Assembly: GCA_028534125.1 (NCBI GenBank)
Contig: CM052816.1
Span: 2,854,001 to 2,918,000, forward strand
DNA from: Lama glama
Lineage: Eukaryota
Direction of reading: 5' to 3'
DNA: 64,000 nt
The notes under the pieces were generated by a model. That model saw only the letters and a program-made list of their open reading frames with translations. It searched no databases and was not told the origin of the DNA. The position numbers and the translations under genes were made by a program. Positions 12,651-24,754 of this stretch are shown here, piece after piece; position 1 is the stretch's first letter, and the number at the start of each line of letters is the position of its first letter.

Positions 12651-13624
12651 AGAGAATATGCCCTTTCCCCAAATGAGAATTCCTAATAAATATTTATCTC
12701 AGATAGCTCCCTTGTCACATATATTTTTCATTTAAAGACTTTAAGATCAACGCATTCTCACTGAACACCTGAGTACTATCCGTTGATACTTTTAGTGTGT
12801 CCGCACAATGCCAAATGTCCTGTCAACCCAAGCAAATACCGGATAAAGCTCTGCTTCAGTGAACTGGCCAGTCAAAAACTGACTGATGATCCAAGAGGCT
12901 CATGGAAACGTGGGCCCAGGGAGAGACAAGGACAATTTTGGGGGAGGGAGGGGACACGTGACAGAATGACTACATCTTATTGGAAAGTATTTTTACCCCC
13001 GAATAACCAAGATGAATGATTTGTGACTGTGACATAGGACAAAGACTTTCAGTACAACAGGGGTGACTATGGAAAAAGAGCAACCAGTACAGTAAATCAC
13101 TCTATGGGGAAAAACAAAAAGGAAACAGTTCAGAACAAGTGCCTCTAGAGATAAAAATCACCTAAGATATTTTTGTGGGAAAAATTGTTTTTTCATTAGA
13201 AATATTGTGAAATAATTTATAGTAGGGAAAAAAGTCATTATAAACCAAATGGCCTTCCTACATGATGTCAAAGTATATTTTTAACATGGACTTGTTATTC
13301 CGTATTTACTATCAATTCTAACTAGGTCTGCATTTGCTGCCAAAATTTGGCACAAAGACTGTTAACTCTAAAGCTAACTCTTTCTTCTCTAGGCTTTAAA
13401 TGTCCCTGAAAGGCGTTAAGAAATGAAGACAGACTCCTCCCCTACTCCTGCCTTTGGGACTCACTTCCTGAATTCTCAATGGCAGTCATTCATTACTTAT
13501 GTACCTGGGATATCAATTTACCTCCTAACCATTCCCACTCAGATTCTGGAAGCGGAATTTAGAAACAGCATATATTCCAAAGAATTCTTTTTTTTTTTTT
13601 TAAAGAATTGCAAAATGAGTCAAA

Positions 13625-13780
13625 TCGTCATCTAAAAAAATAAATGATTTTTGATTCCTAAATCACTACATACAGCAAAAGGCATTCCATATGAACCAAA
13701 GATTCAAGTGTAAAATATGAAACCATAAAGATTCTAGAAGAAAACATGGGGAAAGTATTATAATTTAATGTTATAATTTT
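13625..13780 (+). mobile_element. Ancient L1 ORF2 fragment
   Basis: ATGAAACCATAAAGATTCTAGAAGAAAACATGGGGAAA (the TIKLLEENIG region). Confidence 0.8.
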
Positions 13781-16119
13781 AATTTCTTAGATCTGGGGGC
13801 ATGGCTTTGGTCATCTTGAGATAGCACCTCCATCTTTGAGTGATTCTGGTCATGCCAAATCATCCTTGCTTGTGCCTTTGGTATGTCTACATCTTGGGCA
13901 GCAGGAAAGGAAAAAGAGATAAGAAGAAAAGGGCAAAGGAGGACTATAAGAAACAAAGGAGGATTTGAGGGACAAAAGTAAAAAAAGAAAGATGTTTCCA
14001 CCTGGTACCATCAAAAATGACTTCAGGCAGTGGGGCTAATATACTGAGTGTCTCCTGTCTACCCCAGCTGGTTGACAATGCACCCAGCTACGTAGTAGGG
14101 GGGAATCTCCATTCACAAGATCAGCTATGTGATAAACCAAGTTAAATCCAACTGTAAGCCCTGTATCCTGATAGCTGGAGGGAAATTGACTTCATTCACT
14201 GTGGGAGTCCCTTTAAACCTTCTCTTCTGCTCCCCAACCCCCACCCAGGGATTTGCCCAGGTCCTATGTTTAATGCCAGAAAGAGGTGGCCCCGTTGGTC
14301 CCCATAGGTTAGTTCTCACTGCTTCCGCAGGCCCTTTAGTTGCTGGCTCTTGGGGTTTAGGACTCTTTGATGAGCCTGGGACCCCCTGTGTCCTGGGCAG
14401 AGACCACCGTCACCCACCACAGAGCCATCCTAAAGGAGTTTTACTGCTGGTGCTGCCTCAGCTTCACCTCCTTCTGATTATAGAAGATGATGAAGCTGAA
14501 CCTCTCAGACTTAACAGGAACCTTCTAGATCGGGCTCATTCTCCTTCAGCTAAGTGCAGAACTGGCCCTAGACACAACAGTGCTTTTGAACCGGACTTCA
14601 GGGAACTGGTCCATCTTGGGCCCTCACAAGAAGACAGTATGGGGACTAGTAAGAAACCCTAGCATCATTAATCATCAAATAAATGTCACTTGGTTGTCTG
14701 AAGACACATAATGAATAAGTGAGGAAAGTGAATGGGGCACTGTGACCCTGGGAGTGTAAAAAGTCTTCTGCAGTGCTTAATTTAATGGACAAAGAAAGAG
14801 TCATTTTCTCAAGGGCCTAAGGGTTTCAAAAACATTTTTCAGTTGTGTGTTTCCATTGCTATGATAATTTCAAAAAAAAAAAAAGATCTAGCAACTATAA
14901 GACCAAAACTCCTCTTCAGCAGTGACAATTGAAATTGAAAGTTCATTACATCAGTGTTTCCCCAATAGGAGTTGTTTTCTCTGGAGTTGAGAGCATTTTT
15001 CTCCTTTAAAAGGGGTCCACCCATTACACAAGTTTAAGAACCCCTGGTTTGCAGCATTGTCTTTTCAGGAAGGTGGGATAAAATGTGAATGTTTCCATGC
15101 TTTCCTATCAGTGTCTTAGCATCAATTAAGTAACAAAATCAGCCACACTTTTAGACAACAGGGTCCTGGCAGAGCAAGGAAGGCTTGCAGGAGAAGTGGT
15201 AGAGAATACGGAGTAGCCAAGTGAAACACAGGAAGAGAGCACTGAGCAAGAGAAGCGTGGGCACCGACGAGCAGAGGAGGGCCTTGCACAAGGCCACCCA
15301 AGTATCATCTAACATAATGTCAGACGTCAGCCTAACAGACTGGTCCCCAGAGGACCCTGTGGTACTACCCAGAACGTGAGCTGCATCCACTAGGAAATCT
15401 CAGGCCCCACTCAGTGTGTTCCAGCTGCTAGTGTCCACACCAGCATTCCACAGGCCCCAAATCCAGACTAGCCTGGGGTTCCTGCTCCTCTCTTTCTAAA
15501 CACCATCCCTTCTACAAGGCTTATTACCTTTTCCCTGACTTCATCCAGTATATTATGCTGTCGTCTGTGTCAGACACTTTACCACTTATTCATAAACTGT
15601 TTGAACTGCTCACTGTTGACCAACCTACATTCCTCTTGTCTACCCAAGGATTCTGCAAGATCCACATGGATAAGCCCTAGGAAAGCCCCAGCCCATCAAA
15701 ATAATCCATTAGTTTCATCAACTACAAAGCCTTTTTAGGCATAGTTTCTTATTTTACTCAAACATCCATCCTATGAGGCAAGTTGGACAGGAATTACTAT
15801 AGACTTCTATCAAGCAAAAGAAACTTGAGCCCCAGAAAAGTTTCATGAATGGATTTAAACCCATTAAGCAAACTCAGAAGCATGTTAACAACCTCTGTAA
15901 TCGGCCAATCTCCATACTGACCTGGGAGTCATTTTCGGTATTACATAATTTGCCTCAAAATTGTTCTCCAAAGGAACGGCACATACATCCTGGTCCAGCA
16001 TCCTCACTACCCTGCCTTCACAATACTCATCTGGGTGGCAATTTCGTAGTTATTTTGTGATCATGGCCTTGACCCAAAGTGGGTATTTAATAAGTACTTG
16101 CTAATGAATGGATTCTATG

Positions 16120-16252
16120 TCCTCCACTAGACAGAAAGTTGCATGAGAGCAAGTGGCCCATCTGTTTTGCTCATTCTCATAGCCTCAGCTCCCAAAGAGT
16201 GCCTAGCACACAGCAGATCCTCATTAAATATATATTGATAAATGAATGAATC
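16120..16252 (+). mobile_element. L2 3' end
   Basis: CCACTAGAC..CATGAGAGCA..TGCCTAGCACACAG..AAATGAATGAAT. Confidence 0.8.
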
Positions 16253-16259
16253 AGTTAAT

Positions 16260-16760
16260 ACCAAAATGCCCTTCTATGAAAAGCGTTTGTGACGCCTACA
16301 GATGCCTTTTAAAAACCTACTGTTTTGTGAACCCCTCAAACCAGGGCAGTGAACCCAAAACAGAATAAAATTACTTCCAAGAAAAGGAACTGTTCCCCAG
16401 TTGCGAATTGGCTCTGGATGCCGCTGCCTCACTCCCATTTACACTCTTTTCAGGCAGCTATTTCAGGTGATGGCATTATCACCGATGGAATTCAATAAAG
16501 CGACAGGCCTCCCCCCCCCACCCCGCCCCCGACGTTTATTTTCTATAATCCGTCTTACAGCGGGAGACCATTATCCAGCCAAACAACGTTCAATTTCATT
16601 GGCATTACCACTTCAAGGAAACATGCGGAGGGTTTGCGCAAACGGGTGTGTAGTAAATTTAGTCTTTTAATAGGTTCATTCTTTACTAGGTATTTATTTT
16701 GGGAGGCGAAGTCCTAATTAGATTAAGCGGAGAAGCTAAAAAGCTATGGAAACTCAGAGA
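16260..16760. promoter_or_regulatory. Candidate conserved non-coding element / enhancer
   Basis: Repeat-free; about 15 CpGs in 16400-16730 against a CpG-poor background; GTTTGCGCAAAC palindrome, TAATTA and a GC-box. Conservation is inferred, not measured. Confidence 0.55.
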
Positions 16761-18319
16761 GATTCCAGAATTTGGTTTAGGTTTCCAGTTTCCCTTTTAT
16801 TTTATTCTCTTCAGATGGCTGGAGAAACCCACACTGCAATCTCCAGCCCTTCAGATAAGAGTTTGTGAAATGAAGCCCTGCCAATGTTTTGTGTAAGGAA
16901 GTCACATTTGTCTTTCTCCTACGCAAAGTTATTGTGGGCCTGGAATCTAGGAAAAAGCAGCTCCCGGAGCCAATGGTGAACCCAATTTACTGTGGCAGAT
17001 GAATATAACAAAGGTGGTGGTCTAGATGTTTGGCCTCAAGGCACAATTCAATTTTCAGCTGTTTCAAAGCTATTATGTCAAAGGCTGTTTGCATAAACAT
17101 AATGTTGCTGGGGTAATCTTGGGTTGGCAGGACTGGAGACGTCTGCCCTCTACTGCCCAAAATGGAAATAGCGGCTGGACATCCCCACAATCCAGATTAA
17201 GGTTACCAAGAAGTCTACAGACCCCCCGAAAAATGGGCCATTTCCAGAAATTTCTGAATTTTTTTTCTCAAGCTTTAAAACCAGAAGTGATTATTCAATT
17301 TTGTTTCAAGGGAGAAAATGAAGTAGACTGACGATGTGATGAGTTGATTGATGATGTGGGAACCTGGGAGAAAGCTATTTCCCTTCTAAGAATTTAAAAT
17401 TCCCTTCACCCTCCCATCCACCCACACATATATATTTATATCATCACATCGATATTTAATATGTTTTTTAACATAGAAGAAACAGACAATGACTCACAGG
17501 AAACAAAACAATACATTTCAGAATGGGCTAAAAATGTCACCATAATATATATTTAGTGTTTATGAGGGCAAGAGTGGGAGAGGATTTTTTTCAGTTTTAA
17601 GTAAAAGTCTGGCTCTTTCTTTAGGTTTCTTCTCTTTTCTTTGTTCTTTCTCTTTAACAAAAACTACGCCAAGATCTATGCTATGTACTTTATACCCTCA
17701 AAGAACAACTGTCAACACTTAAGTGTTTGTCCTCCCAAATACAGATAATTATTAAGTGAAACAAAGGAAGGGCCACTTTGGGAGAGGATGTTTAAAGTTG
17801 GGTGCTACAGTGGAGAGTCTCCAGACAAAGAGAAAGGTCACTGACCAGGGGACACGGACCTAAACCCAAAACTGCAAAGAGTCATTCTTGAACCAAACTT
17901 GAAACAGAAGACTTCCCAGTAGATGACATTGATCCCAAATGGCACAGAATTAACCCTTGATTGGGTTTTGTAAACTAATGTCCCCATACCCAGAGCTGTC
18001 CTTTAAATACTTTAATCTAAAATGTGCAAACCTTGTTCAAGTCACTGGACGCAAGATATTCCTTCTGCACACCCAGGTCCCCAAGATCCACGCATTTTGA
18101 GGCCGTGCATCAAGACTGGACATCATGAACATATACATGGAGTTTACCGTCTAATGGAGTTTATAGCTCAGTAAAAGAGACTGACAGTCATGACATAACA
18201 CAGTCAAGAGATTAACTACAATGGAGTTTTTTAAATGGTGTTCATGGGGGTATGTTTGACGCCTGCACTAAATCAGTCCCTATCATGGCAAAATCTTTGC
18301 CCATAAGAGTAAAAATATG

Positions 18320-18545
18320 TACCATTTATTGGAGTCTTTCCTCATTCCAGGCACATATATACGTAAAGTCTTTACATGGTTTATTCATAGACTCTTCATT
18401 ACACCCCAGGAGGCAGGCATATTATTACCCTACTTCACTAGTGAATATACTGAGGTTCTAAGAACTAAAGTAACTTGTTCAAGGTCATGCAGTCAATAAA
18501 TGCCTCATATCTGTCTAAGTACAAGGTCAGCACCCTTCACAGCTT
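18320..18545 (-). mobile_element. MIR SINE
   Basis: CATTTATTG..CCAGGCAC..TACTGAGGTTCT..AAAGTAACTTGTTCAAGGTCA. Confidence 0.8.
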
Positions 18546-18719
18546 CTTCCTTTTCTAATTACCTAAGCCAAATATTCTAGAAAATTCACTTAATGAGTTT
18601 GAACATCGACAACATTCATATTGGGCAGAGCTGCTGTGTTTATTTCCTTAAAGTTTCAGGGGCAACAAAGAGTTAAGTATATTTAAGCTACGGGGAGGGA
18701 TGGGAGGGGACTTCCCAGG

Positions 18720-18950
18720 GTAGTGAGTAGATAAGTGTGTTTTCTGAGGCCAGACTGCTTGGGCTCAAATCCCAGGGCTCCTAATTACCGTGTGATCGTG
18801 GGCAGATTGCATCTTCCCAAACTTTATCCCCTCACCTGTAGGATAGGGATTATAATAATAGTATCGTACCTCACGGGGTTGTTTATGAGGATTAAACAAG
18901 GTAACCAGTGTATATGAAACAGAAGAGCACCTAACACAGAGTAAGCACTC
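18720..18950 (+). mobile_element. MIR SINE
   Basis: CAGACTGCTTGGGCTCAAATCCCAG..CCCCTCACCTGTAGGATAGGGAT..GTTGTTTATGAGGATTAAA. Confidence 0.85.
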
Positions 18951-19479
18951 TATTTTGGATTCAAATGAAAGCAGAGGCAATAGTTTACCTCAAGGGGTTC
19001 TTGAGAAGATTAGGTGAGAGAATATTTTTTAAAGAGCTCAGAACAAATAAGCACTTCTTAACTCTTCAGTGAAATTCCCCTGCTGGCTGTCCATGACTGA
19101 GAGGAAGGGAGCTTGGCAGCCACTGTCATCCCTGAGACAACTATCACAGTTCTGCGATGAGCCATGTGTGGGTTGCCATCTAGATGTCTGAGGCCACAGC
19201 ATTTATTGAGGTCTCTGGTCTGACTGAAGGATGGCCTTATGTGGCACATTCATGTGCAAAATATTTGTTACAGAAGCCTCAGTGTGGGGACTCTGCAGAA
19301 CTACCCTCCGTTGGGAAAAAATAATTAAACGAGGCAAGAGGTTCTTTGGTTTCTTTCCACATTACCAGTGTTTTGCCTCATTCTCCCACAAGGAAACAGG
19401 AATCCAAAGATTGAGTAACTTAAGTCTTCTCAATTGGTGTACTAAAGGGTGGGAAGGCAGAAGAGAACAGTAATGAAGG

Positions 19480-19665
19480 GCATGGAATCTGGAGTCAGGC
19501 AAAACTGGGTTCAAATTTCAGCTCCACCCTTCTTGACACAGGACCATGACTGAGTAGCTTAAACTTTCTGAGCCTGTTTTCTCATAAGCAAAATGGAGAT
19601 AAAAATAGTATTTTCCTTGTAGGCTTTTTTTGAAGAATAAAATATGGTAGTATAAAGCGTTAATC
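19480..19665 (+). mobile_element. MIR SINE
   Basis: TCTGGAGTCAGGCAAAACTGGGTTCAAAT..TTTCTCAT..AAAATGGAGATAAAAATAGTA. Confidence 0.85.
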
Positions 19666-19682
19666 ATAAAAAAAAATGTAAA

Positions 19683-20182
19683 NNNNNNNNNNNNNNNNNN
19701 NNNNNNNNNNNNNNNNNNNNNNNNNNNNNNNNNNNNNNNNNNNNNNNNNNNNNNNNNNNNNNNNNNNNNNNNNNNNNNNNNNNNNNNNNNNNNNNNNNNN
19801 NNNNNNNNNNNNNNNNNNNNNNNNNNNNNNNNNNNNNNNNNNNNNNNNNNNNNNNNNNNNNNNNNNNNNNNNNNNNNNNNNNNNNNNNNNNNNNNNNNNN
19901 NNNNNNNNNNNNNNNNNNNNNNNNNNNNNNNNNNNNNNNNNNNNNNNNNNNNNNNNNNNNNNNNNNNNNNNNNNNNNNNNNNNNNNNNNNNNNNNNNNNN
20001 NNNNNNNNNNNNNNNNNNNNNNNNNNNNNNNNNNNNNNNNNNNNNNNNNNNNNNNNNNNNNNNNNNNNNNNNNNNNNNNNNNNNNNNNNNNNNNNNNNNN
20101 NNNNNNNNNNNNNNNNNNNNNNNNNNNNNNNNNNNNNNNNNNNNNNNNNNNNNNNNNNNNNNNNNNNNNNNNNNNNNNNNNN
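19683..20182. other. Assembly gap (500 N)
   Basis: Run of exactly 500 N. Confidence 1.
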
Positions 20183-20546
20183 AACGAACAGCAGAGACCC
20201 GAGCGGGCTGACTGGCAATGTTCTAGAAAAATACACAAGATGGTTGTGTAGTTCTCTACTTTGACAACAACGTTCCTGCTCCATTTGTGGATTAAAAGCA
20301 GCAGAGCAAGAATCCTACCACGTGGACTGGGTTCATGAGGATCTCAGCAACCAAGGCACACGGATGGCCAATGACCGCGGGCCCTCCCCAAGAGATGTCC
20401 CCAGGACTACACAAGGTTCAATTTCTAGCCTACCAGGGAGTGAGGACCTAGGTTGTTTAAAAGGAAAGAGAAGTGCAATATTTCTTGAGCACATGAGATT
20501 AAGAATTGCTATTATTTCCAAGTGTGCCAGGAAGTCACAAACATAC

Positions 20547-20885
20547 CCCTCCTCCAGCTTCTTCCTCCCTCGGTTTTGTTCTGGTTTTCTTCATACATTT
20601 GGGTGGGTTTCTCAGATGGCCATCCCTATTTGCACTGTTCCTGTGGCTGCTGTAGCCTTGACCTTCAAAGGCCTGGGTTTTATAGTGTCATTAGTCCCAG
20701 GCTGTTTGGAAGTTTCTTTCTGTTGCTCTGACCTGAACACTGTGATCCTGAGATGGAGCAGCAATTTCAAGATTCCTCACATTCTGGAAGAAGCCCAGTG
20801 GACAGCTTCTCAGTTGACAACAGAGTTCAGCTCAGGCAAGTCTGCAGAACGGGGTGGCAAGATACTCCTTGTGGTCTGTCTAGAA
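20547..20885 (-). pseudogene. Candidate decayed or non-coding exon (339 nt)
   Basis: Acceptor ctgtactttttttctcag|TTC and donor GAGGG|gtatgt; repeat-free, length a multiple of 3, stops in all three frames. Confidence 0.3.
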
Positions 20886-20944
20886 CTGAGAAAAAAAGTA
20901 CAGCCTTCTCTGGTTGCTCAGGAGAAAATATTTCCACACAGTCC

Positions 20945-21130
20945 TTAAGAGCAGCAGCTTTAAAGTCAGACAGACCAAGTTTAAATCCTGGCTCTTTTTG
21001 TTTTACTTTAAAAGCCCCAGTTTCCTCAAGATAATAGTACTCACCTCATAGTGTTGTTGGAAAGATTCAATGAGATTATGCATAGAAAGTGTCTAGTTCA
21101 ACATCTGTTCACAGTAAGAACTTATTTAGC
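20945..21130 (+). mobile_element. MIR SINE
   Basis: TTAAGAGCA..AGTCAGACAGACC..AAATCCTGGCTCT..CAGTTTCCTCA..ATAATAGTACTCACCTCATAG. Confidence 0.85.
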
Positions 21131-21134
21131 TATT

Positions 21135-21345
21135 AAAATAACAGTATATATTTTGAAAGTTGCTAAGGGAATAGATCTTAAAATTCTTAACACAGGAAAA
21201 ATTCTGTATTTATGTATGGTGATGGATGTTAACTAGACTTATTGTGGTGATCATTTCATATATATACAAATATTGAATCATGAGGTTGTTCACATGAAAC
21301 TAACACAATGTTGTATGTCAATTATACCTTAATTTTTTAAAAAAT
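21135..21345 (+). mobile_element. L1MA-type 3' end (L1MA9-like)
   Basis: TTTGAAAGTTGCTAAG..TAGATCTTAAA..GGTGATGGATGTTAACTAGACTTATTGTGGTGATCATTTC..TGTATGTCAATTATACCT. Confidence 0.9.
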
Positions 21346-21879
21346 CTAATTTAAAAAATAAGTATTATTGTTAATTAAAAAACAGTCCAGGACCCCTGGG
21401 AATTCGGAACCCAGATAATGAAACCAGCTAAACCAACCCTTGCCCAGTGATTTCACCCATGGAATATGGATTAAAGAAAGTGTAGGACAGAGCATCAGCA
21501 CATGGCCATTCCAACCTCGGTTCAATCCAATGTACATACTCATTTGTTCCTCACTGTCCGCAACGCACATACTCATTTGTCCTTTACTGTTCATACAGGA
21601 GAACCAGAGCTTCCCTGTGCTCAAGGAAAATGGAACCCAATACATGTAAGGGATGTAAGAAAGGAGTTTCAGGAGGTCAGTTGTCAGCTGTTCCAAAGAG
21701 CATAAAGGAACCAAGGTGACCCAATGGAGCACATGGCCTCCAGCAAGCTACATTAGAAGCCACATTAAGTGACCTCTACCTGATGCCCAGTGGATAGATC
21801 CAAGCTCCCTAGAGCCTTTATACAACTCATAACTGACGCCCAAACACTGTTATCTCCAATCATGTTTGAGTCGGTCGTG

Positions 21880-22370
21880 CTGCTGCTGTAGGTATGTAAT
21901 TTAATTCAATATGAACAAACAGACAAAATGTAAGCATAAACATACCGCTCTTGTTTCTATCAAAACTAAGCTAAATATTCTGTATAAACCTTCACAAAGG
22001 TGTCTATAGAGAAATTATTGTCAGGTTGGATCTTTGAGAAAAAAGACCACTATAAATGATGCGGAATAACAGTAAACCTTTGGAAGGACTCTGTGCTGAG
22101 ATTACTTCCCAAGTTTCTTTTAACTTGATGATCCAATTTAAAAAAAAATAAAAACTAGAATTCACAGATAATGCATTTGGAGTGCCTGAGTGCAAGAAAA
22201 GCAAGGAACTCCAAAAGCAGCCACTTGGCCAGAAAACAAAGACCTTGGCCAGACATCAAATAATGAGTCAATGAACACATTATGTGACTTCAGTTAAAAT
22301 ATAAATGTGTTTTTTAATGATATCCTGATTCAACCACTTTTTAATTAACTGTGCAACTGCGCTTGTCATA
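21880..22370 (+). mobile_element. Old Tigger (Tigger15a-like) with a decayed transposase N-terminus
   Basis: TTGTTTCTATCAAAACTAAG, GAAGGACTCTGTGCTGAGATTACTTC, AAACTAGAATTCACAGATAATGCATT, TGCAAGAAA..GGAACTCCA, CCTTGGCCAGACATCAAA are collinear with my recollection of Tigger15a. Confidence 0.7.
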
Positions 22371-23084
22371 TCAGATTAGAAAACTTTTGCTAGTCTTCAA
22401 AATTCATAGTTGACAGTGATGCTTTCAAAGTCCCTTCTCAGGTACTCCATGGCCGGGTGTCTCTTACCTAGCCCCTTCTCTACCCAACACCCAGCTAGCT
22501 GTCCCTGTAATTTCAAATATTCTCCCCATATCATGTAGAATAAGCCAGCACTCTCTGACTACCAAATTCACAATCAGAAACCTTTAACCTGGGTTTTCAC
22601 CCAGAAGAAAATTAATAACACTTAACAGGATGCTCACGACGTGCCAGTCACCGCTCAGAGTTCCTTAAACCTATTGACTGAACAATCCTATAAGACAGGT
22701 AGCATTCTACAGATGAAGGATCTGATGCACAGAAAGGTCAATTGGCCACTGAGCTAGTGAGTGGCAGCAGCACCCAGAACCCATGTTTTTAACCATGATT
22801 CAATGGCAAAGATTTTCCACCTAACCTGCTCTGCCCTTCTCTGTAAAAGGCAGTTTAAAACAACAACTTCACATCATACAACACATTTATGTGCAGCTGT
22901 ATTTATATACGTAGGTCAGGTGTTTTGCTAGTGTTGGGGACAGAGACAGACTCAATGCCTGGCCTTATGCAGCTACAGTCTAGTCTGAGGGGCAGGCACT
23001 GAACAAGTCATGTAAGCATGACAAGCACAAGCAGATAAGAAGCCATTCCTCAAAGACAGTGACCAGAAAACCCCTGGGAAGAGA

Positions 23085-23800
23085 TACATGCAACATATAC
23101 AAGCAACGCATCTAAGCTATAAAAACAGAAAATTAGCAAAAGGCATGAACAGGCATTTCACACAAAAGGAAACAACGGATAGCAAGAAACATTAAAGAAG
23201 ATGCTCAGCCGTATAAGTGATAAGAAAACAATGTGTTAATTTTAATGAGATACTACTTCACATCTGCCAGATAGGCCAAAGCTAACAAGTATGACAATAC
23301 CAAGTGTTGGCAGAGGGGGTGGAGAGTAGGGATATGGAGCAATGGGAACTCCCATACACTGCTTGTGGGACTGTAAATTCTATAAACACCTGGGAAAACA
23401 ATCAGCATGGAGTGGAAGACACACTCATCCTCCAAACTAACAATTCCGCTCCAAAACGTACACACTACACAAACACTTGTCCTGGTGTACCAGGAAGACA
23501 TACGTGAGGATGCTAACAGTATTGTTTGTAACAGGAAAATAAAAACAAAACTAGAAACACCCTAATGGCCCTTGAAAATATCATGGATAAATAGGCTGGA
23601 ATATATTTATTCACTGAAACACTGGACAACAGTGAAATGAAGGACTCACAGGTGTCATCAAATGATTGATGATGTTCTGTTTCTTAGGCTGGATGGTGGG
23701 TACACGGTCGTTCTTTTATTATCGCTCTTTACACGGTCTTTATTTGTTATACTCAGCCACTTGTGTGTGTATTTATTATGTTCTCTAAAACAGTAAAAAA
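23085..23800 (+). mobile_element. Ancient L1 (L1ME-like) ORF2 end and 3' UTR
   Basis: GCAAAAGGCATGAACAGGCATTTCAC, AATACCAAGTGTTGG, GGAGCAATGGGAACTCCCATACACTGCT, ATGTTCTGTTTCTTAGGCTGGATGGTGGGTACAC. Confidence 0.85.
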
Positions 23801-24433
23801 AAAACTACTATGTGCTGTGAAGAAAAAGGAGCAAGAGCCAGGTGAGCATATGCCTTTTTCATATTTTCTATCTATCTCCCAATTCCGATGGGACTGTGAT
23901 CTGCTTCAACTCTTCCTACAGTGAAATAGAAAATAAGAAACTTCAATCAACCCAATCAATATGGACCATCAGAACAGCTCACTGTGACCTCAAAGCGGAC
24001 TTAAAAGAAAGGCTTGGATGAACTAAGCAGATGAATTTCAGCACAGAGACTACCTCATTTTATGCTAAGTAGACACATGCACTTATCTTCACACTGTTGA
24101 TCAATGAACCGATCTACTGAAAACTCATTTTGGGAGTGACTAGTGGGCCCCAGCTCCCTCAACACCTGTTTCCTGGGTCTCTTCAAAAGATCTTCACAAG
24201 TTTTACCAAAAGAAGAATAAGGAAAGAATCTTGGAACCTGAATGATTTTTCAGAGCTTGTGGTTCTGAGCTTGCATTCATGGATAAGCTTCAAAAGATCC
24301 AAGAAATTCCTGAAAATGTATGCAAAACACTGCATTCAGGTGGATGTGTGTGTTTTTAGGGGAAGAGAGCCTCTAACCATCATCTGAGTTTCAAATGTGA
24401 CCTTCTAAAAAGCAGCCAGACTGCTACCTTAAT

Positions 24434-24532
24434 AAAGTGACCAATCATGCCCGTGTCCCAACTTTAGATTAAAAGTCATGCATCCTGGAAAATCCCTCAG
24501 ACCTGGGGAAACCAGGATGGTTGATCATCCTA
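24434..24532. mobile_element. MER94-like hAT-Blackjack MITE
   Basis: GTGACCAA..GTCCCAACTTTAG..AAAAGTC..ATCCTGGAAAATCCCTCAG..AACCAGGATGGTTGATCATCCTA. Confidence 0.65.
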
Positions 24533-24535
24533 ATA

Positions 24536-24691
24536 TAGGGTTGCCAGATAAAATGTAGAATGCCCCATTAAATTTGAATTTCAAATAAACAATGCATTTT
24601 TAGCATAAATATGTCCTGAGAATTATTATTATCTGAAATTCAGATTTTACTGGGCATACTATATTTTTGTTTTCAAAGTCTGGCAACCCTA
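24536..24691. mobile_element. MER53 hAT MITE with 8-bp TSD
   Basis: Perfect 13-bp TIR TAGGGTTGCCAGA / TCTGGCAACCCTA; flanks TCCTAATA (24528-24535) and CCCTAATA (24692-24699). Confidence 0.92.
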
Positions 24692-24754
24692 CCCTAATAC
24701 AATACCTAATAATAATAGTTTAAATAGGAATAGTAGTAGTGATAGCAGTAACTA

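Noticed and set aside
13785..13915. Possible processed pseudogene fragment (pyrimidine tract then CCAAGATG on minus)
   Set aside because: The ATG is followed immediately by TAG, I recognise no parent gene, and there is no clear TSD or poly(A).
14129..14662. 177-aa + strand ORF
   Set aside because: GTG start, no recognisable domain and no convincing splice boundaries; plausible by chance in a locally GC-richer stretch.
19660..20284. ORFs of 192 and 206 aa
   Set aside because: They run through the N gap and are artefacts.
20547..20885. Faint peptide resemblance to my memory of human C12orf42
   Set aside because: Only scattered identities across different frames, and nucleotide similarity seems too low for an orthologue; unverifiable without a search, so no gene symbol is given.
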